A DNA stretch of 64,000 bases. Source: Thermodesulfobacteriota bacterium. Lineage in GTDB: Bacteria > Desulfobacterota_D > UBA1144 > Nemesobacterales > Nemesobacteraceae. The position numbers were made by a program, and so were the translations under genes. Shown here in pieces: positions 30,126-38,796 of the stretch (position 1 is the first letter of the stretch; each line of letters starts with the position of its first letter). A model generated the notes under the pieces. That model was given only the letters and a program-made list of their open reading frames with translations, ran no database searches and had not been told where the DNA came from. Location: assembly GCA_963667625.1 (NCBI GenBank), contig OY763921.1:713963-777962 (forward strand), written 5' to 3'.

Positions 30126-31195
30126 TAGACGCGCGCCCCTTTTATCCAGCCGCCGCCCACCACAGTTTTGTTCTTGTAGAAAACGATCGCCTGGCCGGGC
30201 GTTACGGCTTTTTGCGGTTCCGAGAAACTCACTATTGCCTCCCCATCGTCCGTGACGGTCACTCTGGAAGGAACCGCGCCGTGGCGGTATCTTATTTTCG
30301 AGCGCACCTCGATTTCTCCTTCGGGAGGCCCACTTACCCAGGAGAGATTTTGTGCGGTAAGGGCGTTGCTGTAAAGGTCTTTTTCCTCTCCGACCCTGAC
30401 CTCGTTTCGCTCGGCGTCGATACCGACAACGTACATCGGCTTTCCCTTCGTGAAACCGAGACCACGTCTCTGCCCGATGGTAAAAGATGCGATTCCCCTG
30501 TGCCTCGCGACAGGGTTTCCCTCCATGTCCACTATGTCACCCTCTATTTTTCCTCTCTCGAGGTAAGGATCGAGAAATTCCCTGTAACCGTCTCCCGTGA
30601 TGAAGCAGACGCCCATGCTCTCGGCCTTTGTGGCGACCCTGAGTCCCATACTCTCGGCAATTTTTCTCACCTCGGTTTTCGTTTTGTCTCCCAAGGGGAA
30701 AATGAGCCTTTGAAGTTCTCTCTGGCCTAGGGTGAAGAGAAAGTACGACTGGTCCTTGGCGGGATCAACGGCCCGCTCAAGGGAGTACTCGCCGGTTTCG
30801 GCGCTTCGGGATATCCTCGCGTAGTGGCCCGTGGCGAGAAAATCCGCGTCAAGTTCAAGAGCCCGCTTCAGAAGGAAGTCGAACTTCATGAACTGGTTGC
30901 ATAGCACGCAGGGTATGGGAGTTTCTCCCGAATCGTACTTGCTTACAAAATCGGAGACCACGAGTTCCTTGAAGGAATCCATGTAATTTACCACGTAGTG
31001 AGGTATGCCTATCTCGTATGCGACTCTCCTCGCGTCGCAGACCTCATCCGCGGAGCAGCATCCCCCTTCGCTCTCCCCGTAATCCCAAAGCTGCATGGTC
31101 ACTCCTATGACTTCATGCCCCTGGGACTTAAGAAGAGCGGCGGTGGTGGCACTATCAACTCCTCCGCTCATGGCTACCACTATTCTCTTTCCCAT
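30125..31195 (-). CDS. mnmA: tRNA 2-thiouridine synthase
   Basis: AMSGGVDS, PCVLCN, ATGHYA, KDQSYFL, TIGQRRGLG, TPGQA. Confidence 0.96.
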   Translation of the reverse strand: MGKRIVVAMSGGVDSATTAALLKSQGHEVIGVTMQLWDYGESEGGCCSADEVCDARRVAYEIGIPHYVVNYMDSFKELVVSDFVSKYDSGETPIPCVLCNQFMKFDFLLKRALELDADFLATGHYARISRSAETGEYSLERAVDPAKDQSYFLFTLGQRELQRLIFPLGDKTKTEVRKIAESMGLRVATKAESMGVCFITGDGYREFLDPYLERGKIEGDIVDMEGNPVARHRGIASFTIGQRRGLGFTKGKPMYVVGIDAERNEVRVGEEKDLYSNALTAQNLSWVSGPPEGEIEVRSKIRYRHGAVPSRVTVTDDGEAIVSFSEPQKAVTPGQAIVFYKNKTVVGGGWIKGARV

Positions 31196-31341
31196 AATGC
31201 AAGGATTCTACCCTAGAAAAAAAGGCGGACAAACAGGGAAATTTTTCCTTCGTTCCGCCGTGGGCGAGGGTGCGAAGCGTTCGGGCGGAATGGTAGTGCT
31301 CGGAATTTTTCGCAAATTTAAATTTTCAGCATTTCTTCAGT

Positions 31342-31377
31342 TTCAGGAACAAAGACTCATGAGTCTTTGTTCCTGAA
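31342..31377. repeat. Perfect 36-bp palindrome inside the IS
   Basis: TTCAGGAACAAAGACTCA|TGAGTCTTTGTTCCTGAA with no spacer. Confidence 0.95.
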
Positions 31378-31391
31378 CTCCGGTTGTTCAA

Positions 31392-32603
31392 TTACCCTAC
31401 CTCAATTGCCTCCTTTCTGTCCATTTCCCTCAGCAAATCCATATCCAGATACCTCCTGCTTCCCCACTTGGTCCCCGATATATGCCTTAACCTCGCCGCG
31501 CACAACATCAACGCGCTCTGCCCGTCAGGGAAAGCCCCCACCACCCGGGATCTTCTCCTTATCTCCTTTATGATCCTCTCCATCGGATTGTTCGTTCGGA
31601 TCCGCCGCCAGTGAGAAGACGGAAACCCGTAGTAACCAAGAGTCTCTTCAATATTCTCCTCTACCCACTTCGCCGCGGAACCCAGTCGCATCTCTTTCAG
31701 CTTCTTTATAACTTCCCTTGCTTTTGCCCTCGCGACCTCCTTGCTCTCTGAAGCATGTATGGCCTTTAACATCAGACTCACCTCCCTGACTCTCCCCCGA
31801 GGCACGTGACTGAACACGTTTCTGTAGAAGTGAACAACGCAACGCTGCCAAAGCGCCTCCGGGTAAAAATCCCCTATGCTCTCAACCAACCCCAGACACG
31901 CGTCGCTTATGAACATCCTTACCCCGCTAAGCCCCCTCTGCTTAAGATGACGCAGAAACCCGCTCCACCCGGCCTTGTCCTCCTTCGCCCCCTCCACAAC
32001 CCCCAGAACCCTGCGATAACCGTCTGTACTCACCCCTATGGCTATAAGAACCGAAACGTTGCCCACTTCTCCTCCCCAGCTGCGCTTGAGACTCACCCCG
32101 TCGAGATAAACATAGGGAAACTCTCCTTCTATAGGCTTGTTTCTCCACTTCTCTATGTGCTCGTACACGCTTTGGTTGAGCTTGGAGACAGTGGCCGAAC
32201 TCACCCGCGTGTCCCACAGCGCCTCGGTGATATCCGCCACCCGCCGCGTGGATACTCCCGCAAGATACATCTCAACCAGGGCTTCTTCCACCGATGACTC
32301 CCTTCGCCTGTATCGCTCTATTATAGCGGTCTGAAACCTCTGCTCCCGAAGCTTGGGTACCTTAAGCGTCACTTCCCCAGCCTTGGTCTGGAGCTTTCTT
32401 GTGTAGCTTCCTGAGCGATAGTCCTGGCGGTCTGCGCTTCGCTCGTACCTGCCTGCCCCGACCATCTCATCTGCTTCAGAGTCAAGGACCTTGTTGAGTA
32501 CTTCCTCTACCGTATCGGTGACTATGGAGCTTAGGTGATCCTTAAGCTCTTTGTGGTTAATCTGAATTACCTTTTTGGGGCTCTTCGCTGTATAATCTCT
32601 CAT
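31392..32603 (-). CDS. IS256 (Mutator-type) DDE transposase
   Basis: RSGSYTRKL, GVSTRRV, YLDG, FISDA, WQRCVVHF, RTNNPMER. Confidence 0.96.
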   Translation of the reverse strand: MRDYTAKSPKKVIQINHKELKDHLSSIVTDTVEEVLNKVLDSEADEMVGAGRYERSADRQDYRSGSYTRKLQTKAGEVTLKVPKLREQRFQTAIIERYRRRESSVEEALVEMYLAGVSTRRVADITEALWDTRVSSATVSKLNQSVYEHIEKWRNKPIEGEFPYVYLDGVSLKRSWGGEVGNVSVLIAIGVSTDGYRRVLGVVEGAKEDKAGWSGFLRHLKQRGLSGVRMFISDACLGLVESIGDFYPEALWQRCVVHFYRNVFSHVPRGRVREVSLMLKAIHASESKEVARAKAREVIKKLKEMRLGSAAKWVEENIEETLGYYGFPSSHWRRIRTNNPMERIIKEIRRRSRVVGAFPDGQSALMLCAARLRHISGTKWGSRRYLDMDLLREMDRKEAIEVG

Positions 32604-32745
32604 GGCGGTGTTTCCTCCTGTTAAATAAATTTAAGAGCACTATTTATCTAACCGGATTTATAAAGAAATGCCGCCTTCCTTTTTAATTTGCGAAAAATTT
32701 AAAGCGTTATCGGCGGAATTTGAAGTGTATGTTAAAATTAATAAG

Positions 32746-33750
32746 ATGAACGAGGCTTCCTGCTGCCATACCCCACCACCCGGCGAACCTCTTCGGGTCA
32801 GCCGAAACCTTAAAATCTCCCTTGCGCTGCTTCTCTGCCTGATTGCCGTTTCCTTCCTGCCGCCTCTTTCGGCCCTCAATGCCTCCCTTCTGGGTTATCT
32901 CCAGCTGCTCGCCATTCCGCTTGTTGTGGGTTTTCTTCTGGGCGGGGCCATAGACTACTTTATCCCCGAGGGTTTTATATACAGATACCTTGGAAAAACG
33001 GGCAAGCCATCGCTTCTCTACGCGCTCGCGGGAGGTTTTGTGATGTCTTCCTGTTCCCACGGAATACTTGCCATAGCGATCCAGATCTACAAGAAAGGGG
33101 CAAGCACCTCGGCTGTGATAACATTTCTGCTCGCTTCTCCATGGGCGAATTTCCCCATAACCATTCTTCTCATAAGCTTTTTCGGGTGGAAAGGTTTTCT
33201 GTTCATAGTCACGGCGGGATTTATCGCCATTCTTACCGGTCTTATCTTCGAGGCACTTGAGCGGGGCGGCTACGTGGAGAAAAACGACGTCACTGGCTTG
33301 GGAGAAGGATACGAGTGGGAGAAGATAAAGAATTTTTCCCTGAGGGAAAGTGTTCCAGGGGTTCTCAGGGGAAGTCTCAATCTTTCCAACATGGTTCTCT
33401 GGTGGCTTATAGTCGGCCTTATAGCGGCGGTTCTGATAGACGTATACGTGCCCGGGGAATTTTTTATGCGGCATCTGGGTCCGGACACAGGTGGCCTTTT
33501 GCTCACCCTTGTGGGGGCCACCGTGATTGAAGTCTGCAGCGAGGGCAGTTCGCTTATTGCGTTTGAGATTTATGACAAGGTCCAGGCGTTTGGAAATCCC
33601 TTTGTTTTCCTGATGGCTGGGGTTGTGACCGACTATACGGAGATCGGGCTTCTCTGGACTAACATAGGCAGAAAGACGGCCTTGCTCCTTCCTGTAGTGG
33701 CTGTCCCTCAGGTGCTTTTCTTCGGGTTTCTCTACAACGCCTTTCTTTGA
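32746..33750 (+). CDS. DUF318 family permease (ArsP-like); start reassigned to 32746 because the 32668 ATG lies inside the IS
   Basis: SSCSHG, FLLASPW, VCSEGS, FLMAG motifs; multiple TM segments. Confidence 0.85.
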   Translation: MNEASCCHTPPPGEPLRVSRNLKISLALLLCLIAVSFLPPLSALNASLLGYLQLLAIPLVVGFLLGGAIDYFIPEGFIYRYLGKTGKPSLLYALAGGFVMSSCSHGILAIAIQIYKKGASTSAVITFLLASPWANFPITILLISFFGWKGFLFIVTAGFIAILTGLIFEALERGGYVEKNDVTGLGEGYEWEKIKNFSLRESVPGVLRGSLNLSNMVLWWLIVGLIAAVLIDVYVPGEFFMRHLGPDTGGLLLTLVGATVIEVCSEGSSLIAFEIYDKVQAFGNPFVFLMAGVVTDYTEIGLLWTNIGRKTALLLPVVAVPQVLFFGFLYNAFL

Positions 33751-33768
33751 ATCGTGGGGAGAGATAGA

Positions 33769-34350
33769 ATGCAAAGATGTCCATGGTGCGAGCGAACCGA
33801 TCTTGAGAGGGATTACCACGACAACGAATGGGGAGTGCCCGTTTTCTCCGATGAAAAGCAGTTTGAGTTTCTGGTCCTCGAGTCCGCCCAGGCGGGCCTC
33901 AGCTGGCTTACGGTTCTTCGCAAAAGGGAGAACTACAGGCGTCTTTACGACGGGTTCGATCCGGAAAAAGTTTCTAGATACGGAGAGGAAAAAATACAGA
34001 AGCTCATGTCGGACAGCGGAATAATACGCAACCGAAAGAAAATAGAGGCTTCAATAAACAACGCCGTGCGGTTCCTTGAGATACGGGATGAGTTCGGAAG
34101 CTTCTCCGATTACCTGTGGGGGTTTACCGGCGGAGTTCCGGTTACTAATGCCTGGGAGGAACTCTCGGAAATACCGGCCTCTACGGAACTTTCAGTGACG
34201 GTGAGCCGCGATCTTAAGAAACGGGGGTTTCGTTTCATGGGTCCCACTATTGTTTACTCCCATCTTCAGGCGACAGGGGTGGTGAACGATCATCTGGTTT
34301 CTTGTTTTCGCTACGAAGAGATCCTGGATTTAAGCAAGGGAGTCAAATAG
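33769..34350 (+). CDS. tag: DNA-3-methyladenine glycosylase I
   Basis: RCPW, YHDNEWG, LESAQAGLSW, IIRNRKKI, GFRFMGPT, NDHLVSC. Confidence 0.95.
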   Translation: MQRCPWCERTDLERDYHDNEWGVPVFSDEKQFEFLVLESAQAGLSWLTVLRKRENYRRLYDGFDPEKVSRYGEEKIQKLMSDSGIIRNRKKIEASINNAVRFLEIRDEFGSFSDYLWGFTGGVPVTNAWEELSEIPASTELSVTVSRDLKKRGFRFMGPTIVYSHLQATGVVNDHLVSCFRYEEILDLSKGVK

Positions 34351-34950
34351 CCGCATCAGGTAATCTCCGCTTTCCCTGCTGAACTTGACTATTTTTTCGA
34401 TCTTTTCCTCGCTGAGGTCTTTTTCGATTCTTCTTACCGTTTTTTTTATCGCCAGGGAGTGCGCGGGATCTTCCTTTGCGTGAACCTCTATAAAAGTCGA
34501 GGGGTTGGGGACTGTTTCTAATTCGGGGAAAAGAAGCCCCGATACGTTTTCAAACAGATAGGAATGTCCGAGTATAGCAAGAGGAAACTGCTCGGCGGCG
34601 TTCTGCAGAAACTCATCGTACTCCCTTACGATCTCAAGGCAGAAAGGGTCTATCTCCTTTTCCCCGAGGTCCTTTAGGTCACGAAGGGCAATCTCGGCGT
34701 GCCCAAGCTCTCCCTGTGCGCAGGAATGGAACCTTTTGCTTAGGTAGGGGTCGGAGTCTTTGGTGTTTACGCTTGCCATGTTGACCGCTCTTTGACTCAG
34801 AAACTCGATTATATAAAAAGTGAGCAGGAATTTTGCGTAGGTTTCCCGGCTGAGGTTACCGGAAACAAGGCCCTTTACCTCTTCTTTGTCCTTCACCCTG
34901 CGAAGATAGGTTTCGACTTCAGTGTCAAGCAGCGATTCAAGCTTTTCCAT
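34330..34950 (-). CDS. Heme-oxygenase-like diiron oxidase (HDO; CADD/PqqC/TenA fold)
   Basis: E...ELGH...FE...HAKEDPAH ligand pattern; all-helical appearance. Confidence 0.65.
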   Translation of the reverse strand: MEKLESLLDTEVETYLRRVKDKEEVKGLVSGNLSRETYAKFLLTFYIIEFLSQRAVNMASVNTKDSDPYLSKRFHSCAQGELGHAEIALRDLKDLGEKEIDPFCLEIVREYDEFLQNAAEQFPLAILGHSYLFENVSGLLFPELETVPNPSTFIEVHAKEDPAHSLAIKKTVRRIEKDLSEEKIEKIVKFSRESGDYLMRLFDSLA

Positions 34951-35080
34951 TTCGTTTTTTCCAGAATAAAATTCAGAACGACTATTATAATATAGAAATC
35001 CATATTGTTAATTGTTCCCGCCGTTTTTCGGGTTGACTGCGCCATTTGGCTCAGGAACCATTAGGAAGCGTTGCTTTTCC

Positions 35081-35157
35081 GCGCCCGTAGCCCAACTGGA
35101 CAGAGCGCTTGACTACGGATCAAGAGGTTGGGGGTTCGAATCCCTCCGGGCGCGCCA
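35081..35157 (+). tRNA. tRNA-Arg(ACG)
   Basis: GCGCCCG...CGGGCGC-GCCA, anticodon loop CTACGGA. Confidence 0.97.
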
Positions 35158-35258
35158 TTTTCGTTTTCATTCCTTAAGAAACTACTTAACACTTTTAAAT
35201 TCAGCTGCACCGTTTTTGCGTCGACTGCAACGCATGTTAGCCATTTGATTACAGTTTG

Positions 35259-35567
35259 TTACCGCTTTTCGGGCGGTGTCGATTTGATCTCAGCTGCAAA
35301 TTGTGCATGAGCCTCCGGGTCAACGGGCCTGTGTTTGATCTTTGTGCTAGCAGGATTCTTGCCAAGGTAGTTTTCGTCTTTCCAATCTGTAGATGGTCTT
35401 ATTGGTCTTGGTTCGAAGCCTCCACCGCAACTGGGGCAGACATTGTCCAAAACAGTATCAACGCATGTGGTGCAAAACGTACATTCATATGTACAGATAC
35501 GTGCTTCTAGTGAGTCGGGTGGCAAAGCCCTGTTGCAGTGCTAGCAGGTTGGTCTGAGCTCCAACAT
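35259..35567 (-). pseudogene. DUF1272 family gene with in-frame amber stop at codon 9
   Basis: RBS AAGGAG, then MLELRPTC*HCNRALPPDSLEARICTYECTFC; TAG at 35541-35543. Confidence 0.8.
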
Positions 35568-35594
35568 GCTATCTCTCCTTTTCTATTTATGAAA

Positions 35595-36353
35595 TCAGGT
35601 CGTTTTTTTATTTGCTATCCTGATCCCTCGTATTATCAGGACCGCCGCGGCATATGAAAGGATAATGACGGGTCCGGCAGGCATATCGAACGCTACGGCA
35701 AAGGCGATACCGGAAAGAACCGCCGCCACTCCGCAGAGCCACGCTATAAGATACGGCCTTTTGACGTGTACAGCGGCCAAAGCCGGGAGTATAAGGCTTG
35801 CAAAGACAACATAGACGCCAACCAGTTGAACCGATGAGGTGATGGCGAGAGCGAAGAGCAGGTAAAAGCCCATGTTGCTTCGCACCCCGGGCTTGGAAAA
35901 CCAAGCCAGCAATATCAGCGCGTAAATAGGTGCGTGCTTCGCTACGTCTGTCCATGTTACAAACAGCATCTGTCCCGAAAGCAGGTGCTTTACTTCATCT
36001 CCGCCGTGAGGATGATCGGCGAGGAGCAAAAGCGCCAGGGACGCGGCCAAAATGAAGGCGCATCCTATGATCGCTTCCTGTCGCTCGGGCATTGCCGTTT
36101 CCACCTTGCGGAAAAACAGCCCTGCCGCGACCGCGCAGCCAAGCGCTATGAACTGGATCAGCCACGGGGACGGATCATGGATAACCATGTTGCCGACCAC
36201 AAGCCCGAGTCCCGCAATCTGCGCCACTGCAAGATCAATAAAGATGATGCCGCGGCGGAGCACCTCAATACCAAGAGGAGCGTGTGTGAGCGCGATCATG
36301 AGGCCGGCCGCCACTGCGGGCCCGATTATTTCCAGGAGTTCACTGCCGAACAT
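35595..36353 (-). CDS. Metal ABC-3 family permease (ZnuB/MntB-like)
   Basis: GIEVLRRGIIFIDLAVAQIAGLG, GVYVVFASLILPA; hydrophobic. Confidence 0.88.
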   Translation of the reverse strand: MFGSELLEIIGPAVAAGLMIALTHAPLGIEVLRRGIIFIDLAVAQIAGLGLVVGNMVIHDPSPWLIQFIALGCAVAAGLFFRKVETAMPERQEAIIGCAFILAASLALLLLADHPHGGDEVKHLLSGQMLFVTWTDVAKHAPIYALILLAWFSKPGVRSNMGFYLLFALAITSSVQLVGVYVVFASLILPALAAVHVKRPYLIAWLCGVAAVLSGIAFAVAFDMPAGPVIILSYAAAVLIIRGIRIANKKTT

Positions 36354-37260
36354 CGTATGTCCCTCTCAACAAAGCTATAGTTCTGTCAAACAGCGCGAAC
36401 AGATCGCCGCTTTGCTCGTCACCGCCAACGGTGTAAGGAAGCACGATTGCCCTTGTACCGGTTTTCTCCGACAACCACTCGCTTGCGTCATCAGGATCGG
36501 AAGGGGTACGGATAATTACGTCCGCCGGACTGCTTCTTAACTTTCGCAGCAAATTCTTCAGATGAGAAGTTGTCGGCGGAATGCCGGGTTTTGGTTCAAG
36601 TGTCCCCACTTGCTTTATTCCGAGCCAGTCAATCAGATAAGTAAACGATTTGTGATGAACCACAACCGGTTTTCCTTTAAGTACGGCAGCCTCGGATTCC
36701 CATCGGGAAATCGCCTTGCGCAGGCGGGATGAAAAATCCCGGTAACTATCCTTATAGAAAGAGGCATTTTCAGCGTCGATTCCAGAAAGCCGCTCCGCAA
36801 GCACTTCGCCCACCGTCATCAGGTTGTACGGATTCAGGTGCATGTGGGGGTTGCCTTCCGGATGCACGTCTCCCATGCTGCGGTCAACTACGACCGGAAC
36901 TTCAAGCATGGTGACCAGATCCGCAGCCATAAGGTAACCGATGGAGCCGGGTTGGAGGTCGGAACTTGCCTTCTGAAGCAGAATCGGAAGCCAGCCTATC
37001 TCAAGACTCGCACCCGAGCAGAGGAGCAAATCGGCTTTGCGTGCCTTGGATATCAGGCTTGGACGCGCCCGTATGTAATGGGGGTCCTGTATGGCCGAGG
37101 TAGCTGAAAACGCTTCCACCTTGTCACCGCCTATTTCTTGGGCCAGTGCCGCCCATTCCGGTTCGCAGGCAAATACTTTTACCTTTGCGAAAGAATATGC
37201 CGGGGCCACGAAAAGCAGCCCCGGCAGGAGGATGGAAAGGAAAGTAAGGTAACGTTTCAT
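36340..37260 (-). CDS. Cluster A-I metal-binding protein (ZnuA/TroA family); start reassigned to 37260
   Basis: Signal peptide, QDPH, GDVHPEGNPHMHL, HKSFTYL, EPKPGIPP. Confidence 0.9.
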   Translation of the reverse strand: MKRYLTFLSILLPGLLFVAPAYSFAKVKVFACEPEWAALAQEIGGDKVEAFSATSAIQDPHYIRARPSLISKARKADLLLCSGASLEIGWLPILLQKASSDLQPGSIGYLMAADLVTMLEVPVVVDRSMGDVHPEGNPHMHLNPYNLMTVGEVLAERLSGIDAENASFYKDSYRDFSSRLRKAISRWESEAAVLKGKPVVVHHKSFTYLIDWLGIKQVGTLEPKPGIPPTTSHLKNLLRKLRSSPADVIIRTPSDPDDASEWLSEKTGTRAIVLPYTVGGDEQSGDLFALFDRTIALLRGTYDVRQ

Positions 37261-37273
37261 GCTGCGGTTGCTC

Positions 37274-38707
37274 TTAGTATTTATGCGCGGCGTGGGCACC
37301 TATGCCCATTATGTACTGGAGCAGAATCTGGTTGTCGCTTAGATCCTCTCCTACTTTTTCGTAGTTGTACTGAAGGCGTATACGCGAGAACTCGCTGTTT
37401 GACCAGTCGCCCATGACCGCTACCGCGTAGGGGTCGTGATCTATCCCTGAATCCTCGGGAGAGTATATCTGGGAATAGCGCGTGCCTATTCTCCATTTCG
37501 GCGAGAACTTGAAAACCCCTTGCGCGTACCAGCCATGGCTTCCCCCGTCGAGATGCTCTTCGTGAACTTCGTCTCCTTCCGCAAGAGTATAGATGCCTTC
37601 TTCATCGCGCCAGAAATACTCGCCCTGGAGAAGCACCTCTTTTTCGCGGGCGTTTCCGGTGGGGGCCCACACGTAGCGGAGATCAAGCGCGTAGAGTCTC
37701 GTGTCGCCCGTGAACATGCCGGCGGTGAAGAACTCCTCGAAATCCTCCTCGTGCTCTTCTTCATGTTCTTCCTCATGACCATGCTCGTCTTCGGCGGCAT
37801 GCTCTCCCTCTTCTTCGTGTCCATGAGTGCCGCCACCGCGGCCGCTTGCCTCTCCGTCAAGCAGATACCCCCCGATTCTCCAGGATGAATTCTCTCCTAT
37901 GTCGCCGCCTACCCGCAAGAAGGCGCTGAATGAGTTTATGTCGTTACCCTCAGCTCCCGCAAACGGGAAATCGTCTCCGCGGAAAACACCGCCTCCCGCC
38001 TCGACATAGAAGTCGGTTGGGAGCACGTATGAAATCTGCGCCCCGGTATCGTTAAAGGCCTTGTCGAGAAACACCCTGTATGGCAGGGGGCGGTCGGCGA
38101 AATCGTCAGAGTGGGAGTGATGCTCGTTCAGGTATCCCATAGTCCAGAACGCGCGGCCCATTCTTATGCTTGCTCCCGCTGGAAGCCCGAGGCCGGGAAG
38201 GGTCTCCACGTATGCTTCCTCAAGCTCTATCTCGACCCCGTCTCCATGGTCTGCAAGAGCCGTGGTTATGTGACCGTAGAATTTATCGTCAACGCTTGTC
38301 GAAAAATTAAATTCGGTTTCCCCGAGAGAGATTCCTTCCGCCCCGCGTTCTCCCTCGTGTCCCAGGACAAACCCGGGAATTTCGTCCTCATCCGAAGAAA
38401 AGGCGGCGAATCGTCCGCCCAGTATCGCCCCGATTGAAGGATTGAGGTTCCTGTTGTAGATGACCCTGCTGGGGTAGGCGCTATCCTTGCTCTTCGAGTA
38501 AGTGGTTTTAGCCTGAGATGCTTCGGTTTCCATCTCGGCGAGTTTTTCTTCCATCTTTAAAATCCGGTTCTCATACTCCGATCTCATGGTCTGTATCTCC
38601 TTTCTTAAAGCTTCTATATCCTGGTCGGAAGCGGCAGAGGCGGAGATGTGAGAAAATGGTAAAATGGCAAAAAACGCGGTTATGACCGCGAAACGTAATG
38701 TATTCAT
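37274..38707 (-). CDS. Outer-membrane beta-barrel protein with His/Glu-rich insert (putative metal porin/receptor)
   Basis: Signal peptide, coiled coil, alternating beta-strands, LNEHHSHSDDF, HGHEEEGEH...HEEEHEEEHEE, C-terminal GAHAAHKY. Confidence 0.75.
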   Translation of the reverse strand: MNTLRFAVITAFFAILPFSHISASAASDQDIEALRKEIQTMRSEYENRILKMEEKLAEMETEASQAKTTYSKSKDSAYPSRVIYNRNLNPSIGAILGGRFAAFSSDEDEIPGFVLGHEGERGAEGISLGETEFNFSTSVDDKFYGHITTALADHGDGVEIELEEAYVETLPGLGLPAGASIRMGRAFWTMGYLNEHHSHSDDFADRPLPYRVFLDKAFNDTGAQISYVLPTDFYVEAGGGVFRGDDFPFAGAEGNDINSFSAFLRVGGDIGENSSWRIGGYLLDGEASGRGGGTHGHEEEGEHAAEDEHGHEEEHEEEHEEDFEEFFTAGMFTGDTRLYALDLRYVWAPTGNAREKEVLLQGEYFWRDEEGIYTLAEGDEVHEEHLDGGSHGWYAQGVFKFSPKWRIGTRYSQIYSPEDSGIDHDPYAVAVMGDWSNSEFSRIRLQYNYEKVGEDLSDNQILLQYIMGIGAHAAHKY

Positions 38708-38711
38708 TTTT

Positions 38712-38796
38712 TCCTCCTTAAGTTTAAAAAGAAACTACTGTTTCCCGATTTTGTACTCGGGAAACCCTGAAAAATTTCTTTACTGCTTTAGGAGGA
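38712..38796 (-). promoter_or_regulatory. SD-sequestering nested hairpin downstream of leader ORF 1
   Basis: UCCUCCUAAAG (38786-96) pairs with CUUAAGGAGGA (38712-22); AAAGAAAU (38774-81) pairs with GUUUCUUU (38728-35); inner 9-bp stem at 38740-65. Confidence 0.75.

Larger units (their letters stand above)
31292..32711 (-). mobile_element. IS256-family insertion sequence, 1420 bp, apparently intact
   Basis: 27-bp IRs at 31292-31318 and 32685-32711 (21/27 identical, core AATTTTTCGCAAATT); perfect 8-bp TSD GGCGGAAT at 31284-31291 and 32712-32719. Confidence 0.93.

Noticed and set aside
31342-32676. Palindrome arm and AACCGGA segment as the IS terminal repeats
   Set aside because: Only about 15/26 identity and no TSD; the outer 27-bp IRs with a perfect 8-bp TSD define the true ends.
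32707-33819. 370-aa antisense ORF, and many other 60-270 aa overlapping ORFs in the track
   Set aside because: They lie opposite or out of frame to well-supported genes and have no motifs or RBS; treated as shadow ORFs.
35541-35543. Pyrrolysine or programmed amber read-through in DUF1272
   Set aside because: No pyl genes or other in-frame TAGs seen; a point mutation or sequencing error is simpler.
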